A stretch of DNA of 36,239 nt. It comes from an uncultured Zetaproteobacteria bacterium (GTDB lineage Bacteria; Pseudomonadota; Zetaproteobacteria; Mariprofundales; Mariprofundaceae). The stretch is taken from NCBI GenBank assembly GCA_964517705.1, contig CAZFCL010000001.1:1-36239 (forward strand), given 5' to 3'. Positions 8,033 through 19,827 of this stretch are shown in pieces. Numbering within the stretch: the first letter of the stretch is position 1; the number at the start of each line of letters is the position of its first letter. The position numbers were made by a program, and so were the translations under genes. Under the pieces are notes generated by a model. That model was not told the DNA's origin. It did no database searches and saw only the letters and a program-made list of their open reading frames with translations.

Positions 8033-9859
8033 CTACTCTACCGTGACAGATTTTGCCAAGTTTCGTGGCTGATCCACATCACTGCCTTTAAGTAGCGCAA
8101 CATGGTAGGCCAAAAGCTGTAGTGGAATACTGTACACAATCGGTGCGGTTCCAGGGTGGATATCTGATAGCATCAAGCTGTGATAGTGGTCCAATTCGAT
8201 TTTCACCTTATGATCGCTGAATAGAAAAAGCTCACCGCCACGCGCCCTTACTTCCTGCAAATTTGAGAGCACTTTCTCAAGCAGTGGGTCATCAGGCAAG
8301 GCACAAACCACCGGCATCGCGTCATCCACGAGCGCCAACGGCCCATGCTTCAACTCACCTGCCGGGTAGGCCTCAGCATGAATATAGGATATCTCTTTAA
8401 GCTTTAGCGCGCCTTCCATAGCTACAGGGTAGAAAGCACCCCGACCAAGAAATAGCGCATTTTGTTTACCTGAGAAATTTTCGGCCATATCCTTGATGGA
8501 ATCCGCCGACTCAAGCACTACCTCAACCTGCCTGGGTAGTGAATGAAGTTCATTCACCATCGCCTCTTCTTTCTCGGTCGTTAAACCTTTGCGACGGGCA
8601 AGTGCAATGGTCAGAAGGCGCAGCGCAACCAGCTGCGTGGTAAATGCCTTGGTTGATGCTACGCCAATTTCAGTTCCGGCACGTGTCATAAAGCAGACAT
8701 CAGACTCACGGATCAGTGAGCTCTCTGGCACATTGCAAACAGTAAGGCTTCCGATATAGCCCTGCGCACGACTACCACGCAGCGCAGCCAGTGTATCAGC
8801 CGTTTCACCCGATTGAGAAATGGTTATAAGCAGCGAACCATCAGGAACAACCACTTGGCGATAACGATACTCACTGGCCACTTCGACACTGCATGGAATA
8901 CCAACCTCTTCCAGCCAGTAACGCGCTACCAGGCCTGCGTGATAACTGGTACCACAAGCAATAATCTGAACATGCCGCGCCTTATCCAGCAGCGCCGCTG
9001 TTTCATGGCCAAAGCTCTCTTCAAGAAGTCGCCCATTGTGAATACGCCCTTCAAGGGTTTCTGAAATAACGCCTGGCTGCTCATAGATCTCTTTCAGCAT
9101 ATAGTGAGCATATGGACCCTTCTCAATACTACTGCTGGAGAGTGCTGACTCCTTGGCAGGGCGCGTAATCTCTTCGCCACCACTATTGAAAATGGTGACA
9201 CCATCACGGCGCACCTCAGCCATATCACCCTCTTCCAAAAAGATAAACTTGCGCGTAACCGGTAGCAGTGCCGCCACATCCGAAGCGATAAAGCTCTCTC
9301 CTTCGCCGACTCCGACCACCAGTGGGCTCCCTGCTCGCGCAACCACAATACGGCTATCATCTTCAGGGCTGGATGCAGCAAGCGCATAAGCCCCCTCCAA
9401 CTCCTGAGAAGATTCAGCGACAGCATCAAACAGCCCCATGCCTGACTCGAGCTTCTCCGCCATCATATGTGCAATGACTTCAGTATCTGTTTCGGAGGTA
9501 AATGTGTAACCCTTTGCCGCAAGCTGGTCTCGCAGCTCTGCATGATTCTCTATAATTCCATTGTGCACCACTGCCACACGGACACCACTCATATGCGGGT
9601 GAGCATTGCGCTCTGCCGGGGCGCCATGTGTCGCCCAACGGGTATGTGCAATACCAAGATCCCCAGTAATCCCCGACTGATCTACGATATCTTTGAGTGC
9701 CGAAACCTTGCCGAGTGATCTGAACCTTTTTAGTTCACCACCTGCATCACGAATGGCAACACCAGCAGAGTCATACCCGCGATACTCCAAGCGCTGCAGT
9801 CCATCCATCAAAACAGGAAGAACATCTCTTCCAGCAATGGCCCCGACAATACCACACAT
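8033..9859 (-). CDS. glmS: Glutamine--fructose-6-phosphate aminotransferase
   Basis: N-terminal MCGIVG, EYRGYDSAG, HTRWATHG, SQSGETADT, C-terminal PRNLAKSVTVE. Confidence 0.99.
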   Translation of the reverse strand: MCGIVGAIAGRDVLPVLMDGLQRLEYRGYDSAGVAIRDAGGELKRFRSLGKVSALKDIVDQSGITGDLGIAHTRWATHGAPAERNAHPHMSGVRVAVVHNGIIENHAELRDQLAAKGYTFTSETDTEVIAHMMAEKLESGMGLFDAVAESSQELEGAYALAASSPEDDSRIVVARAGSPLVVGVGEGESFIASDVAALLPVTRKFIFLEEGDMAEVRRDGVTIFNSGGEEITRPAKESALSSSSIEKGPYAHYMLKEIYEQPGVISETLEGRIHNGRLLEESFGHETAALLDKARHVQIIACGTSYHAGLVARYWLEEVGIPCSVEVASEYRYRQVVVPDGSLLITISQSGETADTLAALRGSRAQGYIGSLTVCNVPESSLIRESDVCFMTRAGTEIGVASTKAFTTQLVALRLLTIALARRKGLTTEKEEAMVNELHSLPRQVEVVLESADSIKDMAENFSGKQNALFLGRGAFYPVAMEGALKLKEISYIHAEAYPAGELKHGPLALVDDAMPVVCALPDDPLLEKVLSNLQEVRARGGELFLFSDHKVKIELDHYHSLMLSDIHPGTAPIVYSIPLQLLAYHVALLKGSDVDQPRNLAKSVTVE

Positions 9860-11253
9860 TAGCGTTTCTTCTCTGGCCGTTTCCAGCTAGCGAGATGACG
9901 TTGAGCATTGCGTTGAGAGAGGGTAAGCCCCCCCTCGGGCACATCACGCGTAATAGTACTTCCAGCCCCAACCGTCGCGCCATCACCAATGGAAACCGGT
10001 GCAACCATCTGACTATCGGAACCAATAAATACATTGTCACCAACTTCGGTTCTATGCTTATTAGCACCATCATAGTTGCAGGTGATCGTACCGGCTCCGA
10101 TGTTGCAAGCAGAGCCCATTGTCGTATCACCAATATAGCTGAGATGGTTGATCTTACTGCCATGTCCGATCACAGACTTCTTCACTTCAACGAAGTTTCC
10201 GATACGCACTTTCTCAGCCAAGCATGTCTCTGGGCGCAAACGGGCATAGGGGCCCACCATCGATTCGGCACCTACACTACAGTCCTGAAGGTGGCTAAAA
10301 GCCTGAACATGGGCCCGATCAGCAACCTCTGCATCTATGATCACCGTGTAGGGGCCGATGGAACAACCGGAACCAATCTGAGTGGTGCCAACAAGGTGGC
10401 ACCCAGCCTGAATGAGGGTGTCCGAACCAATCTCAACGCCTACCTCAATACGAACCGTACCAGGCTTTTCAATCGTGACGCCATTGCGTTGCCACGCCTC
10501 AATAACATGGCGCTGCATGATCTCCTCAACATTCGCCAAGTGTAGGCGATCATTCACACCAAGCATCTCATCAGGATTTTCCATAACAACCGCTTCTACC
10601 GACTGCCCAGCCTGTAGTGCAAGCGGCACAATATCGGGGAGGTAGTACTCACCTTGGGCGTTATTATTACCTACCGCATGCAGCAGGTTGAAAAGAACTT
10701 CGTGGCGCACGCAGTAGATGCCACTGCTCACCTCATTAATCTGTTTCTGCTCACCCGTTGCATCCCTCTCCTCAACAATGCTGGCCACATGTCCACTTGC
10801 GTTACGCACAATGCGGCCATAACCATATGGGTTCGCTGGGCGGGCGGTAAGGATGGTGATATCCGCAGCTTTCTCGCGATGATCATGAACTAATTGAGCC
10901 AGCGTATCGGTAGTGAGAAGTGGGGTGTCTCCACACACAATCAAAACATCACGAACACCATCGATCACGCTCTCACACTGCTGCACTGCATGACCGGTAC
11001 CAAGCTGCTGATCCTGAACCACCCACTCCAAGTTATCGAGTTCACCAATATGTTCACGAACCATCTCGGAGCCGTGACCTGTGACCACCGCAGTCACCTT
11101 AGGAGAAAGGGCTGTGGCACTCTCGAGAACGTGCTCAATCATCGCCCTGCCCAACACTTTATGCAGCACTTTAGGCAGGCTGGAGCGCATTCTCTTACCC
11201 TTTCCAGCAGCAAGGACACAGATATGCAGATCAGAATGTTGGAGTTTGCTCAT
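9859..11253 (-). CDS. glmU: Bifunctional UDP-GlcNAc pyrophosphorylase / glucosamine-1-P acetyltransferase
   Basis: LAAGKGKRMRSSLPKVLH, QLGTGHAV, NAQGEYYLPD, hexapeptide repeats, HLSYIGD, NYDG. GGAGG SD. Confidence 0.99.
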   Translation of the reverse strand: MSKLQHSDLHICVLAAGKGKRMRSSLPKVLHKVLGRAMIEHVLESATALSPKVTAVVTGHGSEMVREHIGELDNLEWVVQDQQLGTGHAVQQCESVIDGVRDVLIVCGDTPLLTTDTLAQLVHDHREKAADITILTARPANPYGYGRIVRNASGHVASIVEERDATGEQKQINEVSSGIYCVRHEVLFNLLHAVGNNNAQGEYYLPDIVPLALQAGQSVEAVVMENPDEMLGVNDRLHLANVEEIMQRHVIEAWQRNGVTIEKPGTVRIEVGVEIGSDTLIQAGCHLVGTTQIGSGCSIGPYTVIIDAEVADRAHVQAFSHLQDCSVGAESMVGPYARLRPETCLAEKVRIGNFVEVKKSVIGHGSKINHLSYIGDTTMGSACNIGAGTITCNYDGANKHRTEVGDNVFIGSDSQMVAPVSIGDGATVGAGSTITRDVPEGGLTLSQRNAQRHLASWKRPEKKR

Positions 11254-11341
11254 AAATAACCTCCAATAGGTCAGGCCTTAAGCTAGTGAGAAAAAGTTAC
11301 GGAGTAAAAACTTATAGCGCAGCGCAGTCTCAACACTAAAC

Positions 11342-11372
11342 AAAAAGGGGTCGCACAGTGCAACCCCTTTTT
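11342..11372 (-). terminator. Intrinsic (bidirectional-type) terminator after atpC
   Basis: AAAAAGGGGT-c-GCA cag TGC-a-ACCCCTTTTT. The stem is fully paired (one G-U) on the minus strand, with U tracts in both directions. Confidence 0.85.
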
Positions 11373-11389
11373 ACATCTCTTTATCACAA

Positions 11390-11802
11390 TTACTTCTGCT
11401 TTTTCTTCCTCAGCCAGAGTAAGCGCGCTGTCATCATTGCCAATTCAGCCTCAGCTGCAGCATAGTCGATATCATCCTTCTTCATATCGAGCATTTCCTT
11501 GGCCTGACGCTCAGCTTCAATGGCAGCAGCCTCATCAATATCATGAGCTCGCTCTGCAGAGTCGGAAAGAACCGTTACCATATCAGGCTGCACTTCCATA
11601 TAGCCGCCTGACACAAACACTTCATCAACATTCTCTCCATTAGTAATGCGGAGCTCGCCAGTGGTTAATGCGCTAAGTAACGGACTATGCTTGGGAAGAA
11701 TGCCGAGTTCGCCGGCAGACCCAGGGGCAACCAGAAACTCAGCCTCACCACGGTAAACCTCGCGCTCAGCCGTAGCGACCAGTACTTGCATGGTAGAAGC
11801 CA

Positions 11803-11803
<1 letters not shown>
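11390..11803 (-). CDS. atpC: ATP synthase F1 epsilon subunit
   Basis: GELGILPKHSPL, VSGGYMEVQPD, last gene of the atp operon. Confidence 0.97.
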
Positions 11804-13215
<1,412 letters not shown>

Positions 13216-13224
13216 CTAAACTGT

Positions 13225-14079
13225 TTAGCCAGCAGCAGCTGCGCCAGCACAAATCTCTGCCAGCTCCTGCGTAATAGCGGCCTGACGGGCCTTGTTGTAT
13301 GTGATTTTAAGGTCACTAACAATATCTTTTGCATTATCGGTTGCGGCTTTCATTGCCACCATACGTGCAGACTGCTCACAAGCCTTGTTTTCCAGAACTG
13401 CATGATAGACAAGAGATTCTACATAGCGGCGTAAAACACCCTCCAGAACATCCTTTGCCTCTGGCTCATAAAGGTAATCCCAGTAGCCTGCATCTTCCGT
13501 TTCCGGAAGTGGGCAAGGCATGAGACGCATTGCAGTAGGATCCTGAGTCATGGTATTAACGAACTCACTGTAAACCAGGTGAACTTCATCCAACTCGCCG
13601 GAGATGTACTTCTCCATAGCCAGCGTGACAACACCGAGGATATCTGAGAGCTCAGGCGTATCCGAAATATCTTCAGCAACACCGGAGATCTTTGTGCCAA
13701 TACGGCGCATAAACAGACCGGCACGTTTACCGATAGTGAACACTTCGATGTCAGCAGTCTGTTCCTTCATCAGGCCTAAAGCTGCTTTCAATGCATTGGT
13801 GTTAAGACCACCGCAGAGACCTTTATCAGTGGTAACGACAATTACGCCAACCTTTTTGATCTCTTCACGCTCAACGAGAAACGGATGCTGATACTCAGCA
13901 TGTGCGCTCATCATGTTACCAACCACGCGCCTGACACCTTCGGCATAGGAACGAGCGGCAATCACACGATCCTGAGCCTTGCGCATCTTAGATGCGGCAA
14001 CCATCTCCATCGCCTTGGTAATTTTACCAGTGTTCTGGATCGCTCCAATCTGAGTGCGAATTTCCTTAGCTGAGGCCAC
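13225..14079 (-). CDS. atpG: ATP synthase F1 gamma subunit (GTG start)
   Basis: KITKAMEMVAASK, DKGLCGGLN, SARMVAM, NKARQAAITQEL. Confidence 0.98.
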   Translation of the reverse strand: MASAKEIRTQIGAIQNTGKITKAMEMVAASKMRKAQDRVIAARSYAEGVRRVVGNMMSAHAEYQHPFLVEREEIKKVGVIVVTTDKGLCGGLNTNALKAALGLMKEQTADIEVFTIGKRAGLFMRRIGTKISGVAEDISDTPELSDILGVVTLAMEKYISGELDEVHLVYSEFVNTMTQDPTAMRLMPCPLPETEDAGYWDYLYEPEAKDVLEGVLRRYVESLVYHAVLENKACEQSARMVAMKAATDNAKDIVSDLKITYNKARQAAITQELAEICAGAAAAG

Positions 14080-14091
14080 TGTCGTATCCTA

Positions 14092-15633
14092 TCAGTAGGT
14101 GCCGGTTGACTTAAAGTCAGCGACAGCGTTCTGAAGACTCTCTTCAACCTGCTCATTCAGTGCAGGGCTCTCATTAAGGCCTTCGACCAATGAGGCGCAC
14201 TGTGAATTTAGATATGCGAGGTATGCTTTTTCGAATGCTACAACCTTGGCTACTTCGATTTCATCCAGGTCGCCATTGTTAAGCGCGTAGAGAACCGCAG
14301 TCATTTCAGCAACGGACTGAGGGTTGTTCTCATCCTGCTTGAGGATCTCCATACCGCGCTTACCGCGTTCAATCTGAAGACGAGTTGCTTCATCAAGATC
14401 AGATGCGAACTGGGCAAATGCAGCCAGTTCACGATACTGAGCCAGATCCAGACGCAGACCACCACCGACCTTCTTCATTGCTTTAGTCTGAGCAGCACCA
14501 CCCACTCGTGATACTGAAAGACCTGCGTTAATTGCCGGACGCTGGCCCGCATTGAACAGACTTGTCTCAAGGAATATCTGGCCATCGGTAATAGAGATCA
14601 CATTGGTAGGTACGAATGCGGACACATCACCTTCCTGAGTCTCAATGATTGGCAGTGCAGTCAATGAACCGGTTTTACCAGTAACTTCACCGTTGGTGAA
14701 TTTTTCAACATAGGTCTCATCCACACGGGAAGCACGCTCAAGCAGACGGGAATGCAGGTAAAATACGTCACCTGGGTATGCTTCTCGGCCTGGAGGGCGA
14801 CGAAGGATCAGGGAAACCTGGCGATAAGCCCAAGCCTGCTTGGTCAGATCATCATAAATAATCAGAGCATCTTCACCGCGATCGCGGAAGTACTCACCCA
14901 TGGTGCAACCTGAATAAGGCGCGATATACTGCAGCGCCGCAGATTCGGAAGCAGAAGCAGCTACGATGATAGTGTTATCTAGGGCGCCGTGCTCTTTCAA
15001 GGTGCGCACCACTGCTGCAACAGTTGAAGCCTTCTGACCAACCGCAACATAAACACATGTTACGCCGGTCGACTTCTGGTTAATGATAGTATCGATTGCG
15101 ATTGCAGTCTTACCAGTCTGACGGTCACCAATGATCAGCTCACGCTGGCCACGACCTACAGGAACCATGGAGTCGATTGCTTTAATACCAGTTTGCAGAG
15201 GCTGATCTACAGATTTACGCTCAATTACGCCTGGTGCGATCTTTTCAACCGCGTCAAAGCCTGACGAGTTTATCGGGCCTTTACCATCAACTGGCTGACC
15301 AAGTGCGTTAACAACTCGACCTTTCAGCTCAGGACCAACCGGCACCTCAAAGATCTTGCCGGTACATTTAACCTCATCGCCTTCGAGCAACTCAGTAAAC
15401 TCGCCGAAGATTACAGCACCCACGCTGCCCTCTTCCAAGTTGAGCACCATGCCCATAATGCCACCGGGGAACTCAAGCATTTCACCAGCCATTGCACCGG
15501 ACAGGCCGTGAATCAGTGCAACACCATCGCCTACGGAGATGATGCGACCAACATTGGCGTCAGCAGCACTTGCTTCAAAACCCTTGATCTGTTCTTTAAT
15601 AATCGAACTAATTTCTGCGGTATCGAGCTTCAT
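14092..15633 (-). CDS. atpA: ATP synthase F1 alpha subunit
   Basis: [45 protein letters not shown]. Confidence 0.99.
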   Translation of the reverse strand: MKLDTAEISSIIKEQIKGFEASAADANVGRIISVGDGVALIHGLSGAMAGEMLEFPGGIMGMVLNLEEGSVGAVIFGEFTELLEGDEVKCTGKIFEVPVGPELKGRVVNALGQPVDGKGPINSSGFDAVEKIAPGVIERKSVDQPLQTGIKAIDSMVPVGRGQRELIIGDRQTGKTAIAIDTIINQKSTGVTCVYVAVGQKASTVAAVVRTLKEHGALDNTIIVAASASESAALQYIAPYSGCTMGEYFRDRGEDALIIYDDLTKQAWAYRQVSLILRRPPGREAYPGDVFYLHSRLLERASRVDETYVEKFTNGEVTGKTGSLTALPIIETQEGDVSAFVPTNVISITDGQIFLETSLFNAGQRPAINAGLSVSRVGGAAQTKAMKKVGGGLRLDLAQYRELAAFAQFASDLDEATRLQIERGKRGMEILKQDENNPQSVAEMTAVLYALNNGDLDEIEVAKVVAFEKAYLAYLNSQCASLVEGLNESPALNEQVEESLQNAVADFKSTGTY

Positions 15634-15665
15634 ACGTATATTCCTCTAATAACTCAATCTGTTGT

Positions 15666-16187
15666 TTAGGAAGCCAAAGTACGGCGCAAGCCGCTCAGCT
15701 TCGTACGCAACGAATAATCAATTTTACGGTCGCCAATCCGGACAACCATGCCGCCCAGAATTGACTTGTCTTCAGAGACATTAAGGCGAACCTTCTTTCC
15801 TGTTGATGCACCCAGTGCGGAGGAGAGTTTCTTCTGCAGAGCGCCATCAATTGCATTGGCAACAACAATATCTGCTTCAACTTCACTCTCTGCCTGCTGT
15901 AACATCTCTTCAACAAAGCTATTTATCTCAGGGAGCAGTGATGCCTTGTTGCGCTCAGAAAGCATGCCGACAAGACGATCAAGCTCAGCAGATACGCCGC
16001 CAGCAGCTTTCACGATCACCTGCCTCTTAGCTTCAGCCGGGGCATCCGGTGAAGCCAGAAATGCAGCGACCTCATCGACTGCGGCAACTGCAGCAACCTT
16101 TGCAAGGTCACCACGCAAATCAGCACCACCCTGAATCAACTCAAACAGGGCTGTTGCGTAGCGTCGTGAGATCTGCGATGTGCTCAT
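15666..16187 (-). CDS. atpH: ATP synthase delta subunit
   Basis: RRYATALF, DKSILGGMVVRIGD...DYS, operon position. Confidence 0.95.
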   Translation of the reverse strand: MSTSQISRRYATALFELIQGGADLRGDLAKVAAVAAVDEVAAFLASPDAPAEAKRQVIVKAAGGVSAELDRLVGMLSERNKASLLPEINSFVEEMLQQAESEVEADIVVANAIDGALQKKLSSALGASTGKKVRLNVSEDKSILGGMVVRIGDRKIDYSLRTKLSGLRRTLAS

Positions 16188-16666
16188 GCGTTACCAAACC
16201 CATCGCTGACGATTCCCTCAACCAGCTTCGTATGCCGCTTAGCATCAAGTTCAGATTCAACCACACGCTCAGCTGCCAGCATGGCGATGTCAGCAACCTC
16301 GGAACGCAGCGTCTGACGAGCGCGATTCAACTCGGCATTCACCTCATCACGTGCAGAATCAACGATCTGCTGGGCCTCATCGCGAGCCTTAACAACAGCT
16401 TCTTCATTAACTTCTGCTGCGCGTTTCTCAGCAGCGGCAACGATCTCTGAAGCCTTAGTACGCGCTTCTTTAAGCTGCTCGGCAATTTCTGCCTCGGCCT
16501 TGGCCTTGGCTTCCTTACCAGCATCAGCTGCAGCAAGTCCATCCGCTATCTTCTGAGAGCGAGCCTCCATCAAGTCAGCCATTGGCCCATACAGGTATTT
16601 CTTCATCAGATATACCAGGGTCAGGAAAACAACAATCTGACCAATAAATGTCAGGTCTAAACTCAT
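16184..16666 (-). CDS. atpF: ATP synthase F0 b subunit (single copy)
   Basis: N-terminal TM (TFIGQIVVF) followed by an Ala/Glu/Lys-rich coiled coil (RSQKIADGL). Confidence 0.95.
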   Translation of the reverse strand: MSLDLTFIGQIVVFLTLVYLMKKYLYGPMADLMEARSQKIADGLAAADAGKEAKAKAEAEIAEQLKEARTKASEIVAAAEKRAAEVNEEAVVKARDEAQQIVDSARDEVNAELNRARQTLRSEVADIAMLAAERVVESELDAKRHTKLVEGIVSDGFGNA

Positions 16667-16698
16667 ATGACCTCCTCTTTAAGTTCGTTGTTCTTTGA

Positions 16699-16953
16699 TT
16701 AGCCCAGGAATGGGTTGGCGAACAGGAACCACAGAGCGAAAGCCATGACGATGAATGGGAATGACTCCATCAAACCTGCAAAGATGAACATGTTGAACAT
16801 CAGCTGTGGGCGCATTTCCGGCTGACGGGAAATACCTTCGAGGGCCTTCGAACAGATGAGGCCCCAGCCGATTGCAGAGCCCATGCCTGCAGCAGCGAGA
16901 ATAACACCTACCGAAATTGCGGTAGCAGCTGTGATGATTGTTGTAGCGTCCAT
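16699..16953 (-). CDS. atpE: ATP synthase F0 c subunit
   Basis: Two TM helices, RQPE loop, ion-binding Glu in GLMESFP, C-terminal FANPF. Confidence 0.96.
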   Translation of the reverse strand: MDATTIITAATAISVGVILAAAGMGSAIGWGLICSKALEGISRQPEMRPQLMFNMFIFAGLMESFPFIVMAFALWFLFANPFLG

Positions 16954-16986
16954 TTTATTACTCCTCTCGTTTAATCGTTTATAAAA

Positions 16987-17811
16987 TTAGTGCTCTGCCG
17001 GCTGGTGCGCAATAGACAGATACACCACCGTAAGAATCATGAAGATGAATGCCTGCAGCAAGCCGATAAACAGATGGAATGCAGACCATGCCAAGCCAAC
17101 GAAGAAACCGGCTGCCATGCCAATCGCGCCGCCGCCCAAAAGCAGAAACGCAATCAACAGGAAGATCACTTCACCAGCAAACATATTACCAAACAATCGG
17201 AAGGAAAGGCTCAATGGCTTGGCCAATTCTTCAACGATCTTCAGAATCAAGTTAATCGGCATCACGACCGGCTTCAGGAAACCCGGAACCAGTGATGTAA
17301 ACGGCTCAAACAACATCTCTTTACAGAAATGAACTGGCTTGAGCTTGAATTCGTAGTAGAGCACGAGAACAAATACTGACATGGCCATTGCAGCCGGCAA
17401 ATTCAGGTCATTGGTCGGAACTGGACGGAAGTGCTCAGCACCGAACAGGTGAGCAATATTTCCCAGTAAAAATGCAGGTAAAATATCAATTGTATTAATC
17501 AGTGCGATAAAGCAGAAAACTGTGAATGCCAGAGGGGCGATCAGCGGGTTATGCACAGGAAAGTTGTCTTTCACGGTCTGGTCGATAAAGCCAACCACGG
17601 ACTCCATGAAATTCTGCGCACCACTCGGCGCGCCCTCAACAAGCTTGCCTTTCAACCAGAGAGCAAAGAGAAACATTCCACCGGCAACCACAAGGGTAAC
17701 CAGCATGGTATCAAGATGAATTTGCATGAATGGATTGGACTCATCAATCTTTAGTGTCCAATACTCCAGATGGCCAGCAATTCCGCCGTCGCCATGACTC
17801 TGATCAGCCAA
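16987..17811 (-). CDS. atpB: ATP synthase F0 a subunit (TTG start)
   Basis: SLSFRLFGNMFAGE containing the essential Arg, HLFIGLLQAFIF, PTNDLN. Confidence 0.97.
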   Translation of the reverse strand: MADQSHGDGGIAGHLEYWTLKIDESNPFMQIHLDTMLVTLVVAGGMFLFALWLKGKLVEGAPSGAQNFMESVVGFIDQTVKDNFPVHNPLIAPLAFTVFCFIALINTIDILPAFLLGNIAHLFGAEHFRPVPTNDLNLPAAMAMSVFVLVLYYEFKLKPVHFCKEMLFEPFTSLVPGFLKPVVMPINLILKIVEELAKPLSLSFRLFGNMFAGEVIFLLIAFLLLGGGAIGMAAGFFVGLAWSAFHLFIGLLQAFIFMILTVVYLSIAHQPAEH

Positions 17812-18193
17812 ATCCTCCCCCTTTATACTCTTTTCTTACGTCAACCAGTGCAGAGATAAAAATTACCGCCTGCGCTAAAAACATGCCAGCTGCAACCATG
17901 AGTAAGTGCAGGCCTGCCAGATAAGCCATGATCAGAGCAGTAATCAACGCTAAAAAACGAAGAGCCACCCCTGCATAAATCGATTGCTTTCCAGCTTGAG
18001 CACCCATGCCCTGCGTTCGATCCAGCCGCTTAGCCAACCACACCGCATTCACCACCATCATGACCACGCCATATGCCAGTGAAGCTGCAGCCTCGATTTG
18101 ATTAAATAGCACCAAACCAGAAGCCCCGAAAGCCCCGACCAGAAGCTGTATGCGTACTATTTTACCTATTACAGCTTCTTTAACTAAAGACAT
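17804..18193 (-). CDS. atpI: ATP synthase protein I (AtpI-like membrane protein)
   Basis: ~129-aa protein with four hydrophobic helices, first in the atp operon and overlapping the atpB start. Start placed at ATG 18193 (GAGG SD). Confidence 0.8.
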   Translation of the reverse strand: MSLVKEAVIGKIVRIQLLVGAFGASGLVLFNQIEAAASLAYGVVMMVVNAVWLAKRLDRTQGMGAQAGKQSIYAGVALRFLALITALIMAYLAGLHLLMVAAGMFLAQAVIFISALVDVRKEYKGGGFG

Positions 18194-18265
18194 CAAAGCC
18201 TCATCCGGTTGAGTAAAGAGCCACAAAATCTGTGGAACCCTATCCTCTCATGTTGAGCGCTGCGC

Positions 18266-18294
18266 AGTATAGCCAACCACCACTGCCACTTCAA
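18266..18294 (-). promoter_or_regulatory. Putative sigma70 promoter of the atp operon
   Basis: TTGAAG (18294-18289)-17 bp-TATACT (18271-18266). Confidence 0.65.
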
Positions 18295-18308
18295 GTTAAA
18301 GCTGCTCC

Positions 18309-18357
18309 AAAAAACCAAAGCACATATGTAGGCCAACTCATAGCCTACATATAAGCT
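18309..18357 (-). terminator. Hairpin terminator after nuoN
   Basis: Perfect 10-bp stem ATATGTAGGC (18324-18333)/GCCTACATAT (18343-18352) just after the nuoN stop, followed by GTGCTTTGGTTTTTT on the minus strand. Confidence 0.65.
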
Positions 18358-19817
18358 TAGACCAACCCTCCGAGCGCCTCCCTGCATATATCAAACAGCG
18401 GGTCAGGGAAAATGCCCAGCATCACGATAAGCAATGCGGTCACCAGAACTGTTGCCTGCATTGGCCTGCTCTCAATAAAGTTGAATGCCACACGCTCTTT
18501 ATCGAAGTAAATATATTTAACAACACGCAGGTAATAGAATGCGCCGATCGCAGAAAAAAGAAGCGCATAGAGCACCAGGTAGAGATGCCCTGCCTCAATC
18601 GCCGCAATAAACACGACATACTTGGCCCAGAAGCCGCCAAGGAATGGAATACCTGCCATAGAGAACATAAATAGCCCCATCGCTAGGGCATATCCCGGCC
18701 TGACTTTGGAGAGTCCAGCAAAATCATCCAGCAATTCACCCTGAATGCCATCACGCCGCATCAGGATAATGATTGCAAAAACACCCATGGTCATTACAAG
18801 GTAGATCGAGAGATAGACAAGAATGCCGGAGAAGCCAGCAGCCGTGCCTCCCAGAAGCCCCAGTGTCAGAAATCCTACATGTCCTACAGTTGAGTAAGCC
18901 AACATGCGCTTGATGTTGCGCTGTGCAATAGCTGCCAGGTTACCAACACCGATGGTTAACACCGCAATCGCAGAGAGGATTGTTTCATACTCGTACTGCA
19001 GAGATGGCAGTAGGTCAGCAATGATACGCATCAGTATGACAAACCCCGCCACTTTTGGTGCCACCGACATAAATGCCGTCACTGGAGATGGCGCACCCTC
19101 GTAAGCATCAGGGGTCCACATGTGAAATGGCGCCATGGACACTTTGAAGCCAAGGCCGGCGATCAGGAATACCAAGCCAAGCATAACAGCAGTCGATGCG
19201 CTCGCATCGGCATGAGAAAGTGCCGAACCCATCACAGCGAAGTCAAAACTACCGGTAACGCCATAGAGGAATGTAACACCATAGAGCAACATGCCTGAAG
19301 AGAGGGCGCCAAGAATAAAGTATTTCAACGCAGCTTCATTGGAACGCAACACATCACGTTGATATGCAACAAGCACATAGATAGAGAGCGCCATAAGCTC
19401 AAGGCCTAGATACATGGTAATGAAATTGTTTGAGGAGACCATCAACATCATGCCAAGCATCGCAAACAGCATTAACACATAATATTCGCCAATATGCTTC
19501 TCGCCTTTCATGTACTCCAGCGAGAGCACCATCGCCACGCCTGTCGCGATATAGATCAAAAACTTGCCATAGATCGCAAATGGGTCGAACACGAAAAAGC
19601 CATAGAATGCCACCAGTGCCTCGCCACTCTGCAGAGCAGCTGTAGCGATACCCGCCACAACAGTTGTCAAAATCGCCAGGTAAGCAGTCATTCGGCCACC
19701 TTTGGTAATGAAAACATCAATCAGCAACAGTGCCATCGCCATGACCGCAACAATCATCTCGGGCAGGAGCGTTATCAGATGCTCAGGAAACGGGAACGGA
19801 AAAGTCACATTAGCCAT
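18357..19817 (-). CDS. nuoN: NADH-quinone oxidoreductase subunit N
   Basis: GLELMAL, EAALKYFILG, FKVSMAPFHMWTPDAYEG, KRMLAYS. Confidence 0.98.
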   Translation of the reverse strand: MANVTFPFPFPEHLITLLPEMIVAVMAMALLLIDVFITKGGRMTAYLAILTTVVAGIATAALQSGEALVAFYGFFVFDPFAIYGKFLIYIATGVAMVLSLEYMKGEKHIGEYYVLMLFAMLGMMLMVSSNNFITMYLGLELMALSIYVLVAYQRDVLRSNEAALKYFILGALSSGMLLYGVTFLYGVTGSFDFAVMGSALSHADASASTAVMLGLVFLIAGLGFKVSMAPFHMWTPDAYEGAPSPVTAFMSVAPKVAGFVILMRIIADLLPSLQYEYETILSAIAVLTIGVGNLAAIAQRNIKRMLAYSTVGHVGFLTLGLLGGTAAGFSGILVYLSIYLVMTMGVFAIIILMRRDGIQGELLDDFAGLSKVRPGYALAMGLFMFSMAGIPFLGGFWAKYVVFIAAIEAGHLYLVLYALLFSAIGAFYYLRVVKYIYFDKERVAFNFIESRPMQATVLVTALLIVMLGIFPDPLFDICREALGGLV

Positions 19818-19827
19818 GTTTTATCCC

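Noticed and set aside
9855-9900. glmS ribozyme or leader regulation
   Set aside because: The glmS start overlaps the glmU stop (TAATG), leaving no leader.
16699-17811. Na+-translocating or N-type ATPase
   Set aside because: The gene order is standard atpIBEFHAGDC with no atpR/atpQ, and the c subunit lacks the Gln, Thr and Tyr Na+ ligands.
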